A DNA stretch of 64,000 nucleotides from Perkinsela sp. CCAP 1560/9 (taxonomy: Eukaryota > Protista > Euglenozoa: Kinetoplastea): NCBI GenBank assembly GCA_965644495.1, contig CBFFSA010000012.1, positions 1-64,000 on the forward strand, given 5' to 3'. This document shows positions 32,625-43,027 of this stretch, piece after piece. The first letter of the stretch is position 1; each line of letters starts with the position of its first letter. The notes below the pieces were generated by a model. It had not been told where the DNA came from. It saw only the letters and a list, made by a program, of their open reading frames with translations, and ran no database searches. The translations under genes and the position numbers were made by a program.

Positions 32625-35600
32625 ATGTCGTACGACAAGCAATTGTATAACAGACAGGAATACGCCGTGGGAACGGAGGCCCAGGCGAAAATCTCCGCCG
32701 CGGACGTTCTTCTGATCGGGCTCTCCGGCACGGGATGTGAGATTGCAAAAAACTTGGTCCTTACCGGAATCCGGAGCATCACGTTGCGCGACCACGCACG
32801 GGTTTCCTATATGGACCTTGCGACGCTTTTCTTCGCCGGAGAGAACGACATTGGGGCACCCCGTGTTGCTGTTGTCACCGACAAGCTTGCCGAGCTCAAC
32901 CCCTATGTCACAATTCGCAGCCAGCACCCAGGTGCTGCCCTCCATGGCCTCACCCCGGAGGAGCTCTCAGCCTACTCCGTGGTTGTGGTCGTGGACCAGC
33001 CGTATTCCAGCCGTGACGTTCTGGCCCTCAATGCACTCTGCCGCTCCCTTGGCATTGCATTTGTCCTTGCTGAGACCCGTGGGCTGTGTGCGGCTCTGTT
33101 TGTGGACTTTGGGGACAACTTCACTGTGTTGGACCGTAACGGGGAGGACTACCCCACGTGTTTAGTGAATGCCGTAACCGCGGAGGGTGCCGTGCTGTGT
33201 CACGAGGACCAGCGACATGGTCTCGAGGAGGGGGATGTGGTGATGTTCCACGCCATGTCCGGGGAACTCGAGGGGTTGTTGCACAAGGAGTGGGTTGTGA
33301 AGCAGGTCACGACTCCGCATAACTTCGTGCTCGACCTCGGCGGGCGTATGTTCGGGTGTGACGCCTATGATCGACGCGGCACGGTGCGTGGGGTAAAAAA
33401 GAGCGTGGTTATGAAATTCAGGTGTCTGGAACAAAATATCGCTGACCCATCCTACGTTTATTCGGATCTTGGTAAGTTTGATGCCCCTCCGCAGCTTCAT
33501 GCTTACTTTCGAGCCCTTCATCGCTATCAGGAACACAATCAACGCTTACCTCAAGCGGGGTCCGAGCACGATGCGCAAAGCGTTGTACAACTTATGAAGG
33601 AGTTGGCTCCTGACCTTGAATTCGACTCAAACCTGTTTATGTCTTTTGCCATGGGAGCATGCGGAAGCTTTGCTGGGATAAGTACTCTTATTGGGGGTAT
33701 TGCGGCGCATGAAATCTTGAAGGGAGCAACCGGGAAGTTTACACCGATACAACAATTCTATTTCTTTGACGCTCGTGAGATGATCTCAAGTGCTAAAATT
33801 CCATCAGAGAGCAGAAAAGCACAGTCTTGCCGGTATGATGCGCAGATCGCTATTTTTGGTGCCGAAGCCCAACAAAAGTTTTTAAGGCAATCTTTGTTTC
33901 TGGTCGGTGCAGGTGCCCTTGGCTGTGAGCTTATCAAAAATTTCGCGCTTTGCGGTCTGGGATGTTCTCCTGAGGGTCGTATTGTAGTAACAGATATGGA
34001 TACTATAGAGAAATCGAATCTTTCTCGTCAGTTTTTGTTTCGTAATTCCGACATTGGAAAGGCAAAGTCGATCTGTGCTTCGAAAAAAGGACGCGAGATG
34101 AATCCACATCTAAACATGTATCCTATGCAAGACAAAGTAGGGGAAGGGACGGAGGATACGTTTCATGACCACTTCTGGAGTTCTCTTTCCGGTGTGTGTA
34201 CCGCTTTGGATAACGTAGTGGCTCGTACCTATGTCGACGGCGAGTGCGTGGCTCATCGACTTCCGATGTTTGACAGCGGTACATTGGGCTGTCAAGCAAA
34301 TGCTCAAGTAGTTATTCCTCACTTAACGGAGAGCTATGCCAGCAGCTCTGACCCTCCGGAGAAGAGCATTCCGGTGTGCACGCTGAAAAACTTTCCTAGC
34401 CAAATTGAGCACACAATCCAGTGGGCGCGTGAGTGCTTTGAAGGTGAGTTCGTCACCCGTATGCGCGAGCTTCATGGATACCTAACTGATGTGACTTTTA
34501 TTAGGCAGCTCGATAAGGAGCCCGGAACCAAACCAGAGATACTACAAGGTATCGCACAGTCTTTACGCTGTGCCCCTTCAAGCATCGAGGATTGTATCGT
34601 ATTTGCTAGACACAAGTTTCAAGAATTTTTCTTTAATCAACCAGCAGAGTTGCTTCACAATTTTCCCGTAGACAGCACCACCCCCAGCGGTGCTCCTTTC
34701 TGGATTGGACCAAAAAGGGCGCCTATCCCCCTTTTATTTGACCCGAATAACGAATTGCACGTAGATTTCGTCGAATCCGCGGCACATTTACGGGCCTGCA
34801 ATTATGGACTTAGCGCTATGGCCTTCAATTGCACACGTACCCACGTCGCGCGTGTTGCTGCGGAAGCAACCATGCCATCTTTTCAACCCCGAAAAATGCG
34901 AATTCAGACTGAACCCGATGACAACACCGTATCCCACGAGTCGAACGCCGAAAAGGGTGAGAACTCCGTTAAGCTACCCGACGCATCATTATATTCTGTA
35001 CTTTCTGAACAATTGTGCCCCATCGAATTTGAAAAGGACAACGATGAAAACCACCACATTGCCTTTGTCACAGCGTGCTCGAACCTCCGTGCGACATGTT
35101 ACGGGATTGAGACCGCAAACTTCGATCGTACAAAGTTAATAGCCGGGCGCATTATTCCAGCCATGGTTACCACGACTGCGGCTATAACAGGAGTGGTCCT
35201 TATGGAGTTAATGAAGCATATTATACTTCCATCCGAGGATCATACCTTAACACGATTTCGTAACGCATTTTTAAACCTTGCATTAGGATTCACTACATTT
35301 AGTGACCCTCTAGCGCCTCGGTCCACGACTTATGGCCCTCCCAGTGATCCCAAGAAGCATCGCTGGACGTTGTGGGATCGCATTATTGTGTGTATTGGCC
35401 GGGAGCTTTCCTTGCGAGAGTTTCTTGATTTTATGCAGAAAGAGCACGGGCTTGAAATTTCCATGATGAGTTGTGGCACATGCATTGTGTACTCATGTTT
35501 CAGTGCCGCTTCCAAGGTTAGGATGGAGAAACTTTTGAGTTGTGTGGTCGAAGAAGTCTCCAAAAAGCCTTTGCCTTCCCATGGTCGCTACTTGCAGTTC

Positions 35601-35669
35601 GAAGCTATGGCAACGATCGAGGATGAAGATGTAGACATTCCTCCTATTCGGTATCAGTACCGTTTTTGA
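32625..35669 (+). CDS. UBA1: Ubiquitin-activating enzyme E1
   Basis: LYNRQEY, VGAGALGCE, DTIEKSNLSRQFLFR, catalytic PVCTLKNFP, EFEKDND and C-terminal UFD. Confidence 0.97.
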   Translation: MSYDKQLYNRQEYAVGTEAQAKISAADVLLIGLSGTGCEIAKNLVLTGIRSITLRDHARVSYMDLATLFFAGENDIGAPRVAVVTDKLAELNPYVTIRSQHPGAALHGLTPEELSAYSVVVVVDQPYSSRDVLALNALCRSLGIAFVLAETRGLCAALFVDFGDNFTVLDRNGEDYPTCLVNAVTAEGAVLCHEDQRHGLEEGDVVMFHAMSGELEGLLHKEWVVKQVTTPHNFVLDLGGRMFGCDAYDRRGTVRGVKKSVVMKFRCLEQNIADPSYVYSDLGKFDAPPQLHAYFRALHRYQEHNQRLPQAGSEHDAQSVVQLMKELAPDLEFDSNLFMSFAMGACGSFAGISTLIGGIAAHEILKGATGKFTPIQQFYFFDAREMISSAKIPSESRKAQSCRYDAQIAIFGAEAQQKFLRQSLFLVGAGALGCELIKNFALCGLGCSPEGRIVVTDMDTIEKSNLSRQFLFRNSDIGKAKSICASKKGREMNPHLNMYPMQDKVGEGTEDTFHDHFWSSLSGVCTALDNVVARTYVDGECVAHRLPMFDSGTLGCQANAQVVIPHLTESYASSSDPPEKSIPVCTLKNFPSQIEHTIQWARECFEGEFVTRMRELHGYLTDVTFIRQLDKEPGTKPEILQGIAQSLRCAPSSIEDCIVFARHKFQEFFFNQPAELLHNFPVDSTTPSGAPFWIGPKRAPIPLLFDPNNELHVDFVESAAHLRACNYGLSAMAFNCTRTHVARVAAEATMPSFQPRKMRIQTEPDDNTVSHESNAEKGENSVKLPDASLYSVLSEQLCPIEFEKDNDENHHIAFVTACSNLRATCYGIETANFDRTKLIAGRIIPAMVTTTAAITGVVLMELMKHIILPSEDHTLTRFRNAFLNLALGFTTFSDPLAPRSTTYGPPSDPKKHRWTLWDRIIVCIGRELSLREFLDFMQKEHGLEISMMSCGTCIVYSCFSAASKVRMEKLLSCVVEEVSKKPLPSHGRYLQFEAMATIEDEDVDIPPIRYQYRF

Positions 35670-36141
35670 GTATCCGTTAATGAGCATTCTTTATACCTAC
35701 AGAACGACATCGCTGTATCATCTAAACTCAAGAAGTTTTCTAGGCTTTTGAACAACTGACGCCCCGAAAACGATAAACTACAAATTAATGTGCTACTTTT
35801 GCTTGTTGTCTCTGTAAGTTAATCCTGTAAATCTCAATCCGCTTCTATGACATCGTTCAAGTGTGAGCTAATGCACGCTATAAAATTCGTGCACATGCAT
35901 GTACTAAGACTATTGTCTTACTTTTCGTAAGACTTTACGAATGGCTTATACTTCTGTTGTTTTTGCCCCAGCTTACAGCCTTCAACTCTACCTTCCAATA
36001 AGAAGTCATTGACACTTCACTGAGGCACATATTGTTCCTAAAAATGTGCCAACGAATCTAAATAAATGGTATTTTTATAAAGTAACTTTACTATTCCAAA
36101 TCCTGTTTAACACACACTATCTTATCACGCGACTCCTTAAC

Positions 36142-37029
36142 ATGTTCTTTCCCTCCGTTATCACCTCAGTTCACCTTCCCCTTCTACAGACGGGCGAGGC
36201 CATCCCCGAGTCCCGCTTCTCCACCACCTCATCAGCCCTTCGTAATCTTTCCCCGGAACAGGAGCTGTGCACATTCCTCCACGAGGTTGAGAACCTCGAC
36301 CGCACATGGACCACATATCGTCCAATCGCCCAATGGGCCCGGGTCGGGCTTGACGCCAACGGACACGTCGCCAACTTGCTGTTTGACAACCAAACCCCAA
36401 AGCTGCGGGGACCGCTGCTGTGGGACTCCCTACCTGAGAGTACCCAAGTGCTTTACCTCCACAACAACCAGATCCGAGGAGGGCTGGACGTCGGGACGCT
36501 TCCCCGAGGGCTGCGCAAGCTTGCGCTGGACCACAACCACATGAACGGGCCGCTGGATTTAACGGCCCTCCCCCCGAGGATGGAGAAGCTGTGGATTGGG
36601 TTTAACGCCTTTTCAGGGGCCCTCGACGTGACATCACTGCCACAGACCCTGGAGGTACTCAGTACGACACGCAACCACTTCACCGGGGGCATCTCCCTGA
36701 CGTCGCTTCCCCAGGCGATGGAACTCTTAGAGCTCTCTGAGTGTGCTCTAGATGGGGAGATCGACCTCACACATCTCCCGGCGTCGTTGCTCGAATTGAA
36801 CCTTTCAACGAACCATTTTACAGGAAGCGTGGACTTCTCAGCACTGCCCACAAAATTGATACATCTTCATTTGAATCGTAACCGATTCACTGGTGTGGCC
36901 CATTTGATGGACGTCCCCGCGAGCGTGAAGCTCATCGCATTGAAAGGAAACCGATTCGAAGTGATTGCGCCCCCAGAGAAATACGACCAAGCCTACGAAG
37001 AGTACATAATTGAAGAAAAGGAGGCATAA
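36142..37029 (+). CDS. Small LRR protein (family copy 2)
   Basis: EQELCTFLHEVEN..W..PIAQW cap and about seven 23-aa LRRs; start at the first in-frame ATG. Confidence 0.88.
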   Translation: MFFPSVITSVHLPLLQTGEAIPESRFSTTSSALRNLSPEQELCTFLHEVENLDRTWTTYRPIAQWARVGLDANGHVANLLFDNQTPKLRGPLLWDSLPESTQVLYLHNNQIRGGLDVGTLPRGLRKLALDHNHMNGPLDLTALPPRMEKLWIGFNAFSGALDVTSLPQTLEVLSTTRNHFTGGISLTSLPQAMELLELSECALDGEIDLTHLPASLLELNLSTNHFTGSVDFSALPTKLIHLHLNRNRFTGVAHLMDVPASVKLIALKGNRFEVIAPPEKYDQAYEEYIIEEKEA

Positions 37030-37401
37030 TTATTTTTTTTGTATGCAAACTGTTTCGTACTTCAATAGAGAAATATTCAGTTAGACAATATGGGAGTAAA
37101 TTATGTTGTGCATCCTAACTTTTCTTATGCAGTGCAAATTGCACCGCGGGATCGGCTTCACAAACCCACCGCTGATGGGCGATTCTGGTCAAAAATTATT
37201 CGGTACTGTTTTTCCGACACGTATAATCGTTTTGGTTGTTTTTCGTTAATGATCAAGAATAATACGCTTTTCCTTGTTATCATTTGATTCTAGACAGGGC
37301 TCGTGAAATCAATGACCCCACCTCTCCGGGGGTAGAGTCCTATCGTACACGATTTACTACACATATACACATTATAGACCTTTTTCTTCTTACTATCCTG
37401 C

Positions 37402-38721
37402 ATGTCGGGGCTTGGCTACGACCCCACCGCATGGACGCGACAAGGCTGGAGCCAATCCAGCTCCTCCCACACCCCGGATTATCCGTCCACCAAACCTGAG
37501 CCTGGCGACCCACTCCCCCAAGCTGCATCTCAACCCTCTAACCCACCCCCCTGGGTGGGCCAACCCAGACCCCACGGCACACCCCATACCCACCCCTTTC
37601 CCGACCCCTTCGAAACTCTAACCTCCTCGAACAACCCCTCAACTTCCACACCATTCCCCCCGTCCCACGCCGTACCCCACCCCACTGCCCCTCCCCCCCA
37701 ACGCACCGCCTCGCTCCCTTCCCACCCAACGTCCTCTGACGCTTTCCCCTTTTCCCCGTTCGACCCTCTTCCTCCCCAACCTCCTCCCCAGGGCGCCTCA
37801 CCCGACGTCAACCTCCCTCCATGGGGATCGCCTTCCCCGACCCACCCCTCGGGACCCCCTTCCACTCCCTACCCCAACACGACGTCTACCTACCCCAACA
37901 CAAGCTCTACCTACCCCAACACGACGTCTACCTATCCCACAACAAACTCGAGTTATCTTAAGCCAACCTCTACCTACCCCACAACAACCTCTACCTACCC
38001 CTACACAACAGCATCTACCCATCCGACTCCCACCCCCACAACCCCTACCCCTACCCCCACCCCTCCTTACTCCACCCCTACCCCTACCGCTCCCCCTCTC
38101 CCTTACCCCTCTCACGACCCCCACGACCCCCACGACGACGACGCCGACCTCCCGCTCCTCACCGAGCTCGGCATCGACCTCTCCCACATCCGCGCCAAGG
38201 CCCACGCCCTCCTCCACCCCCTCGCCCCCCCCCTCCCCCCCTCCGCCGCCCGCGACCCCGACCTCACCGGCCCCCTCCTCCTCTGGCTCGCCCTCGCCGC
38301 CACCCTCTCCCTACGGCCCCATGCCGCCTCCCACGTCCCCACCCTCTACGCCCTCTCCTCCGTAGGCACCCTCGCCCTCTACGCCCTACTCAATGGGCTC
38401 GTGCCACTGGACAGCAGTAGTAGTGGCAGCAGTGGACCCCGTACCGTCCCCCTCCTCCTCGTCACCAGCGTCCTGGGCTACGGCCTGTTCCCCATGGTGG
38501 TGCTGAGTGCGGGGGTGGGGGCCGTGGGGGTACTCGGGCTCGGGGGGGCGTGGGGGGAGGCGGTGGTGCGGTACGGGGTGGCGCCCGGGATGACCGGGTG
38601 GGCGGCGTGGTGTGGGGGGCGGATGCTCGTGGAGGGGTTGGGGATGGAGAGGCAGCGGGGGGTGGTCGTGTACCCGTTGGGGTTGTTTTATGCGCTGGTG
38701 GTGTATGTGATATTGTGTTGA
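37402..38721 (+). CDS. YIP1: Yip1/YIPF5-family membrane trafficking protein with expanded P/T/S-rich N-terminus
   Basis: PLLTELGIDLSHIRAK..LHPL, DPDLTGPL, SVLGYGLFP, YPLGLFY and five TM segments. Confidence 0.88.
   Translation: MSGLGYDPTAWTRQGWSQSSSSHTPDYPSTKPEPGDPLPQAASQPSNPPPWVGQPRPHGTPHTHPFPDPFETLTSSNNPSTSTPFPPSHAVPHPTAPPPQRTASLPSHPTSSDAFPFSPFDPLPPQPPPQGASPDVNLPPWGSPSPTHPSGPPSTPYPNTTSTYPNTSSTYPNTTSTYPTTNSSYLKPTSTYPTTTSTYPYTTASTHPTPTPTTPTPTPTPPYSTPTPTAPPLPYPSHDPHDPHDDDADLPLLTELGIDLSHIRAKAHALLHPLAPPLPPSAARDPDLTGPLLLWLALAATLSLRPHAASHVPTLYALSSVGTLALYALLNGLVPLDSSSSGSSGPRTVPLLLVTSVLGYGLFPMVVLSAGVGAVGVLGLGGAWGEAVVRYGVAPGMTGWAAWCGGRMLVEGLGMERQRGVVVYPLGLFYALVVYVILC
37866..38010 (+). repeat. Degenerate 21-bp coding tandem repeat (TYPNTTS-like) in Yip1
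   Basis: cctaccccaacacgacgtcta-like units, about six copies. Confidence 0.8.
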
Positions 38722-38749
38722 GAAGGGGGGGGGGTGTAGTGGATGTATA

Positions 38750-39516
38750 CAGTCCAGGTATTGGTTTCCCCCCAGGCTCCAGAACACACCGTAAGAGCTT
38801 TTGACCTAATTCCTTCGGCATTCGACAGATCTCGAAAAACTAGAACGTTTCCCACAGTTGCTCTGCCTATCACCCCCCGTGGGTCCTAGGTGGGCGTGGT
38901 GAAAGTTGGCAAAATTCAAAAAAAAATGAGGGGGGGTAAAAACTGAAAAAATTGTGTATAGATTCCTATATATTAATACCTACAATGGTCTCCTTGAACG
39001 CTCCGCACAATTCACAAGCGTTTAGGAACCGAATTTATACAAATTAAGAATTGGCTTCCATAAGGATGACGCTTAAGCATCATAAAGGCTTTCTTTATAG
39101 CCTTCCGGAGCTGTTTTTCAGTCTCTGGTTTCAAATTTTCCTTCACAATTCGGTCAAGGCGCTCTGGGAGTGCACATCGTGACGTTTTATGGGTAATAGG
39201 GGGCGCTTTTCGGCGAGTTATACTGGCCTTTAGTACTGGCCTTTAGTAGATTTGACGGGAGTATCCCTCAAATTCATAGAATGAGAAACCATATTCGAAT
39301 AAAAAGCTCCCAAAAATTTGAATTATTGGGATTTTTTAGTAAAATTATGCTATTTTTTCGTGTTTTTTCTAAATACTTTTGACCCAGGGGGGGTGATAGG
39401 CAAACAAACGGCGGTAAACGCTCTAGTTTTTCGAGATCTGTTGAATGCCGAAGGAATTAGGTCAAAAGCTCTTACGGTGTGTTCTGGAGCCTGGGAGGGA
39501 ACCAGTACCTGGACTG
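38750..39516 (-). mobile_element. Internally deleted Tc1/IS630-family DNA transposon (767 bp)
   Basis: TA|CAGTCCAGGTA...TACCTGGACTG|TA with ~135 bp imperfect TIRs. Minus strand 39158-38973 translates to LDRIVKENLKPETEKQLRKAIKKAF...INSVPKRL*IVRSVQGDHCRY*, like the Tc1 C-terminus (SMPRRLxAVIxAKGGxTKY). Confidence 0.9.
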
Positions 39517-39691
39517 TATATACATAGAAAGGGGGTTGTGGATAGGCAAAAAGTTTTAAGGGTAAAGGGTGGGTGCGTGAGGGAGGAGAGGGAGAGGGAG
39601 GAAAATCGGGTATTGGCTTTGATAAACATTTGAAGCGAGGTGTAGTTTACTGTTTTGTAGTCTTTTCGAAAATGGACATGATTCAAAGCCT

Positions 39692-41629
39692 ATGTCCGTG
39701 GTTTCAACAAAAGAGGATCCTTCGCTTAGAATACAACGGATTCTTGAGCGTGGCATACTCCCTGCCCAATGTAGACCTAATGACTTAGATAGAGAAGGTC
39801 TTGCGGAACCGGTAGACTTTCAAACGCACAATACTGTTATCAAAAACTATCCCCGGACAATTCTTATTCACGGACCCAGTGGGAGTGGTAAAATATCATC
39901 CATACGAAAGGCTTGTCGCAATCTTCAAGATGTTTGCTGTGGCTCCTCGGACGACCTCGAACCTCTGTATAATATGAAATTTGTGAGTCCTATGGACCTT
40001 TTGAGCGGCAACACCGATTGGCTCAATAAGCCAATGATGCGTACGGAAAAGCGATATGCCGCGTCCGCAAGGATGCCGAGGAACGAACCTTTGCGAACTC
40101 GGCGAAATATTTTTATTATTCGGAGCGTTGATACGCTCTTTCCGAATTCTTCTTTTGGCTGGTGTCCTGCTGACCCTGATCCTGATTTTAGCACAACCTG
40201 TTATGTAGGAAGTCCTCAGTGCTCGCTCGCCGCTTTCGTGTGTGCACTGCGCGAGGTTAATGATTGGTACTCATCTGCCGAGCCTTCGAGTTTCGAAAGG
40301 GCCGAGCCGCCGTTCGTGTTTTGCACTGCTCGAAAAGAGTCTGATATTCACCCATGGATAAGCCAAGCAGTTCGATGTGTGTCACAGTATTCGGTGCCCA
40401 CAATGTTAGAACGTATGACCTTAATACAAAGCATTGCGGAACAATCTTCACTAGCAACGAGGCTCTCCAATCAAGCCGAAACAATAGAAGAAACCTCAGA
40501 TAGCTCTGCCACCGCGGTAGAATTTCGATCGATTACCACGAAAGCACCTAGCGAGGACAGTGCAGTTCATGAGCTTGCTTCAAAAATGGGAGGATACAGC
40601 ACAGGGGAGGTCAATTTTGTCACGAAACTGATTTTTGAGGAGGCGACGTCATGTGATAACTTCAATAGCGTCGGATCCATGAGAGATTTATGCAACCAAT
40701 TGTCTCCGTCTTTGCTTATTGGGCCTAAACATGAAAATGGGGACGTACCAAAGTTGGAAAAAGTATTGTGGAGCGATGTGGTGGGTCAGTGCAAAGCGAA
40801 GAATGCGCTGAGACATCTATTTTCTACTGAAAAATTGGACCGCTCTTCTCCTAGCGCTGTTATTTCCAGTTCTAAAAATATATTGCTATACGGACCCCCA
40901 GGAACTGGCAAGTCAATGTTAGCGCAGGCGGCTGCATATGAAGTCGGGGCCTCCTTTTATTTTGTCACAGTGACGAGTATTCTTACGGCAGCTGTTGGGG
41001 AATCGGAACAAAAGTTACATGAAATATTTTGCAAAGCGCGTGGCACTTCGCCATCAATAATCTTTTTTGATGAAATAGAGGCACTTTTTCCATCACAAGA
41101 ACGCACAGAGGAGGGCTCTACTCATCCTCTCGTCTCCTTGTTATGCCTTGAAATGGATCAACTACATTTCGAACAAAAGAATGTACGCATTTTGGCTGCC
41201 ACAAACACCCCAACGCGCGTTCATGCCTCAATACTCCGTAGTAATCGCATTGACAAACACATATTCGTCGGACTTCCCACTCACGGAGAAGTCGAAGGTT
41301 ATTTAAGAACTGTAGAGTTTCCTGCCCACGAAAATCTTGTTACTCATTTACTTTGTGAGCTGTCCTTGCGACACAAGGAACGTTCATGTCATGACATGTT
41401 TCCTTTATGGAATGTTTCTCTAGGATGCACCATAAGCGATGTGAAATCCTTATGTAAAGTGATGCGACTAAAGGCTTGCGAACGGTTAGTCTCCGAGAAC
41501 TCGAGCAGTATGTCTAATGAAGTTACACCAAACGAACGTGACGTCTCGTATACTGTATCCATAATGCCACATTCTTGCAGCCCTAAGGAATTGCAAGAGT
41601 CCATGGATTGGGATTCAAAAGGACAGTGA
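39692..41629 (+). CDS. Type II AAA+ ATPase (CDC48/AFG2/PEX-like) with degenerate first module
   Basis: GPSGSGKI (degenerate), VLWSDVVG, LLYGPPGTGKS, IIFFDEIE, AATN and LRSNRID. Confidence 0.85.
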   Translation: MSVVSTKEDPSLRIQRILERGILPAQCRPNDLDREGLAEPVDFQTHNTVIKNYPRTILIHGPSGSGKISSIRKACRNLQDVCCGSSDDLEPLYNMKFVSPMDLLSGNTDWLNKPMMRTEKRYAASARMPRNEPLRTRRNIFIIRSVDTLFPNSSFGWCPADPDPDFSTTCYVGSPQCSLAAFVCALREVNDWYSSAEPSSFERAEPPFVFCTARKESDIHPWISQAVRCVSQYSVPTMLERMTLIQSIAEQSSLATRLSNQAETIEETSDSSATAVEFRSITTKAPSEDSAVHELASKMGGYSTGEVNFVTKLIFEEATSCDNFNSVGSMRDLCNQLSPSLLIGPKHENGDVPKLEKVLWSDVVGQCKAKNALRHLFSTEKLDRSSPSAVISSSKNILLYGPPGTGKSMLAQAAAYEVGASFYFVTVTSILTAAVGESEQKLHEIFCKARGTSPSIIFFDEIEALFPSQERTEEGSTHPLVSLLCLEMDQLHFEQKNVRILAATNTPTRVHASILRSNRIDKHIFVGLPTHGEVEGYLRTVEFPAHENLVTHLLCELSLRHKERSCHDMFPLWNVSLGCTISDVKSLCKVMRLKACERLVSENSSSMSNEVTPNERDVSYTVSIMPHSCSPKELQESMDWDSKGQ

Positions 41630-41967
41630 TCTAAAGGATAATGATATTTTTCTTCGTTTTCCGCGCCATCCTGTTCTATGATTTACTACGAGTCTTCCGC
41701 TCCAGTTGAATTCCTTACTGTGCCATCTAGCAGCCCGGTGATGGGATACCCAAGTCAGATAAAAAACAATTCTAAAGCTGTTGAAAGCTACAAAAACCAA
41801 ATTAACGTCGTAGTATATTGTATGTCGTATGTTACTCCCTCAATTCGACTGATTTCGTTCGCTATAATTAATGTTTTCTTCAGGAATTATATTTATGAGA
41901 TCGCACGTAGTAGTACAAAGGAATAGGATAGCGGATTGTGTAGAACTTCATTCAATCGTAATAGAAA

Positions 41968-42768
41968 ATGTCGGATGATCAACTGACTCACGTTGAAAAA
42001 CGTAGCTCTGCTCGAGGAAAGATTCGTGGTGCCTGTTTCCCTCCAGAAGTCGAACTTGCACTATTTACAAAATATCTTAAAAATACGGATTCCACGTGGA
42101 ATACTCATGTTCCCGCCTGTAAGTGGCCTGGAATTCGTTGCACCGATCCTACTATACCTGATGCTGTTACAGACCTTGACTGGGGGTTCGGTGACCTTCA
42201 AGGAATTCCACAATGGAGCCACATACCCTCGTCTGTACGCCGAATAAATGTGTTTCTTAATGGACTAACGGGAGAGGTGCCACTCAGCCTTCTACCTCGT
42301 GGACTTGACGAATTGGATTTGGCAGGCAACAGATTTAGTGGTACACTAGATCTAGAGAATATGCCACCTGATGTGAGTGATGCAAGTTTTGGTTCAAACT
42401 TGTTTGATGGTACACTCGATCTTAGTACGTTACCCGCGAATATTTTAGAATTTCACGCATATAAAAATTTCTTTGTGGGGTCTCTAAATCTTACTACATT
42501 ACCACAATCACTGGAACATCTGGATCTCAGCGCTAACCTATTTTCAGGTGGTATCGATTTGAGTCGTCTTCCCCGTGATTTCTTAGTTCTTAATCTGGCA
42601 TCAAATCGTCTGGAGAAGGTAACAGGATTAGATTTACTGCCTTCCACCTTGGAAGAGCTGAACCTTGCGAAGAACCTTGAGCTTTGTGGAGAGTACAATA
42701 AAGCCTCGTTACCTGTGTCTCTTGATTTTGAAATCCTAGAGACAAACCTAGTTGGTGTAGGGGCATAG
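41968..42768 (+). CDS. Small LRR protein (family copy 3)
   Basis: KIRGACFPPEVEL cap, PACKWPGIRC and 23-aa LRRs. Confidence 0.9.
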   Translation: MSDDQLTHVEKRSSARGKIRGACFPPEVELALFTKYLKNTDSTWNTHVPACKWPGIRCTDPTIPDAVTDLDWGFGDLQGIPQWSHIPSSVRRINVFLNGLTGEVPLSLLPRGLDELDLAGNRFSGTLDLENMPPDVSDASFGSNLFDGTLDLSTLPANILEFHAYKNFFVGSLNLTTLPQSLEHLDLSANLFSGGIDLSRLPRDFLVLNLASNRLEKVTGLDLLPSTLEELNLAKNLELCGEYNKASLPVSLDFEILETNLVGVGA

Positions 42769-43027
42769 TTTTGGTATATAAGTACAAACGAGGGAAATCA
42801 ATTTTTGAATACAAAATTATTTGGGCCAGCATGCAGTCTTTGTGATACTCTTCTTATTTTCTTCAGAGATATATTTATAAAATTTTAGAGGCGAGAGGCT
42901 GTGGATGTGATCATTATGAATCACAGGGGGAGTACTACTGGTATCGTAAGTTATTTTATTAATCGCATTTTTATATATTTTCGTATCCACAACTTGATTC
43001 ACATTAAAAACATCTGTAGGAACCGAC

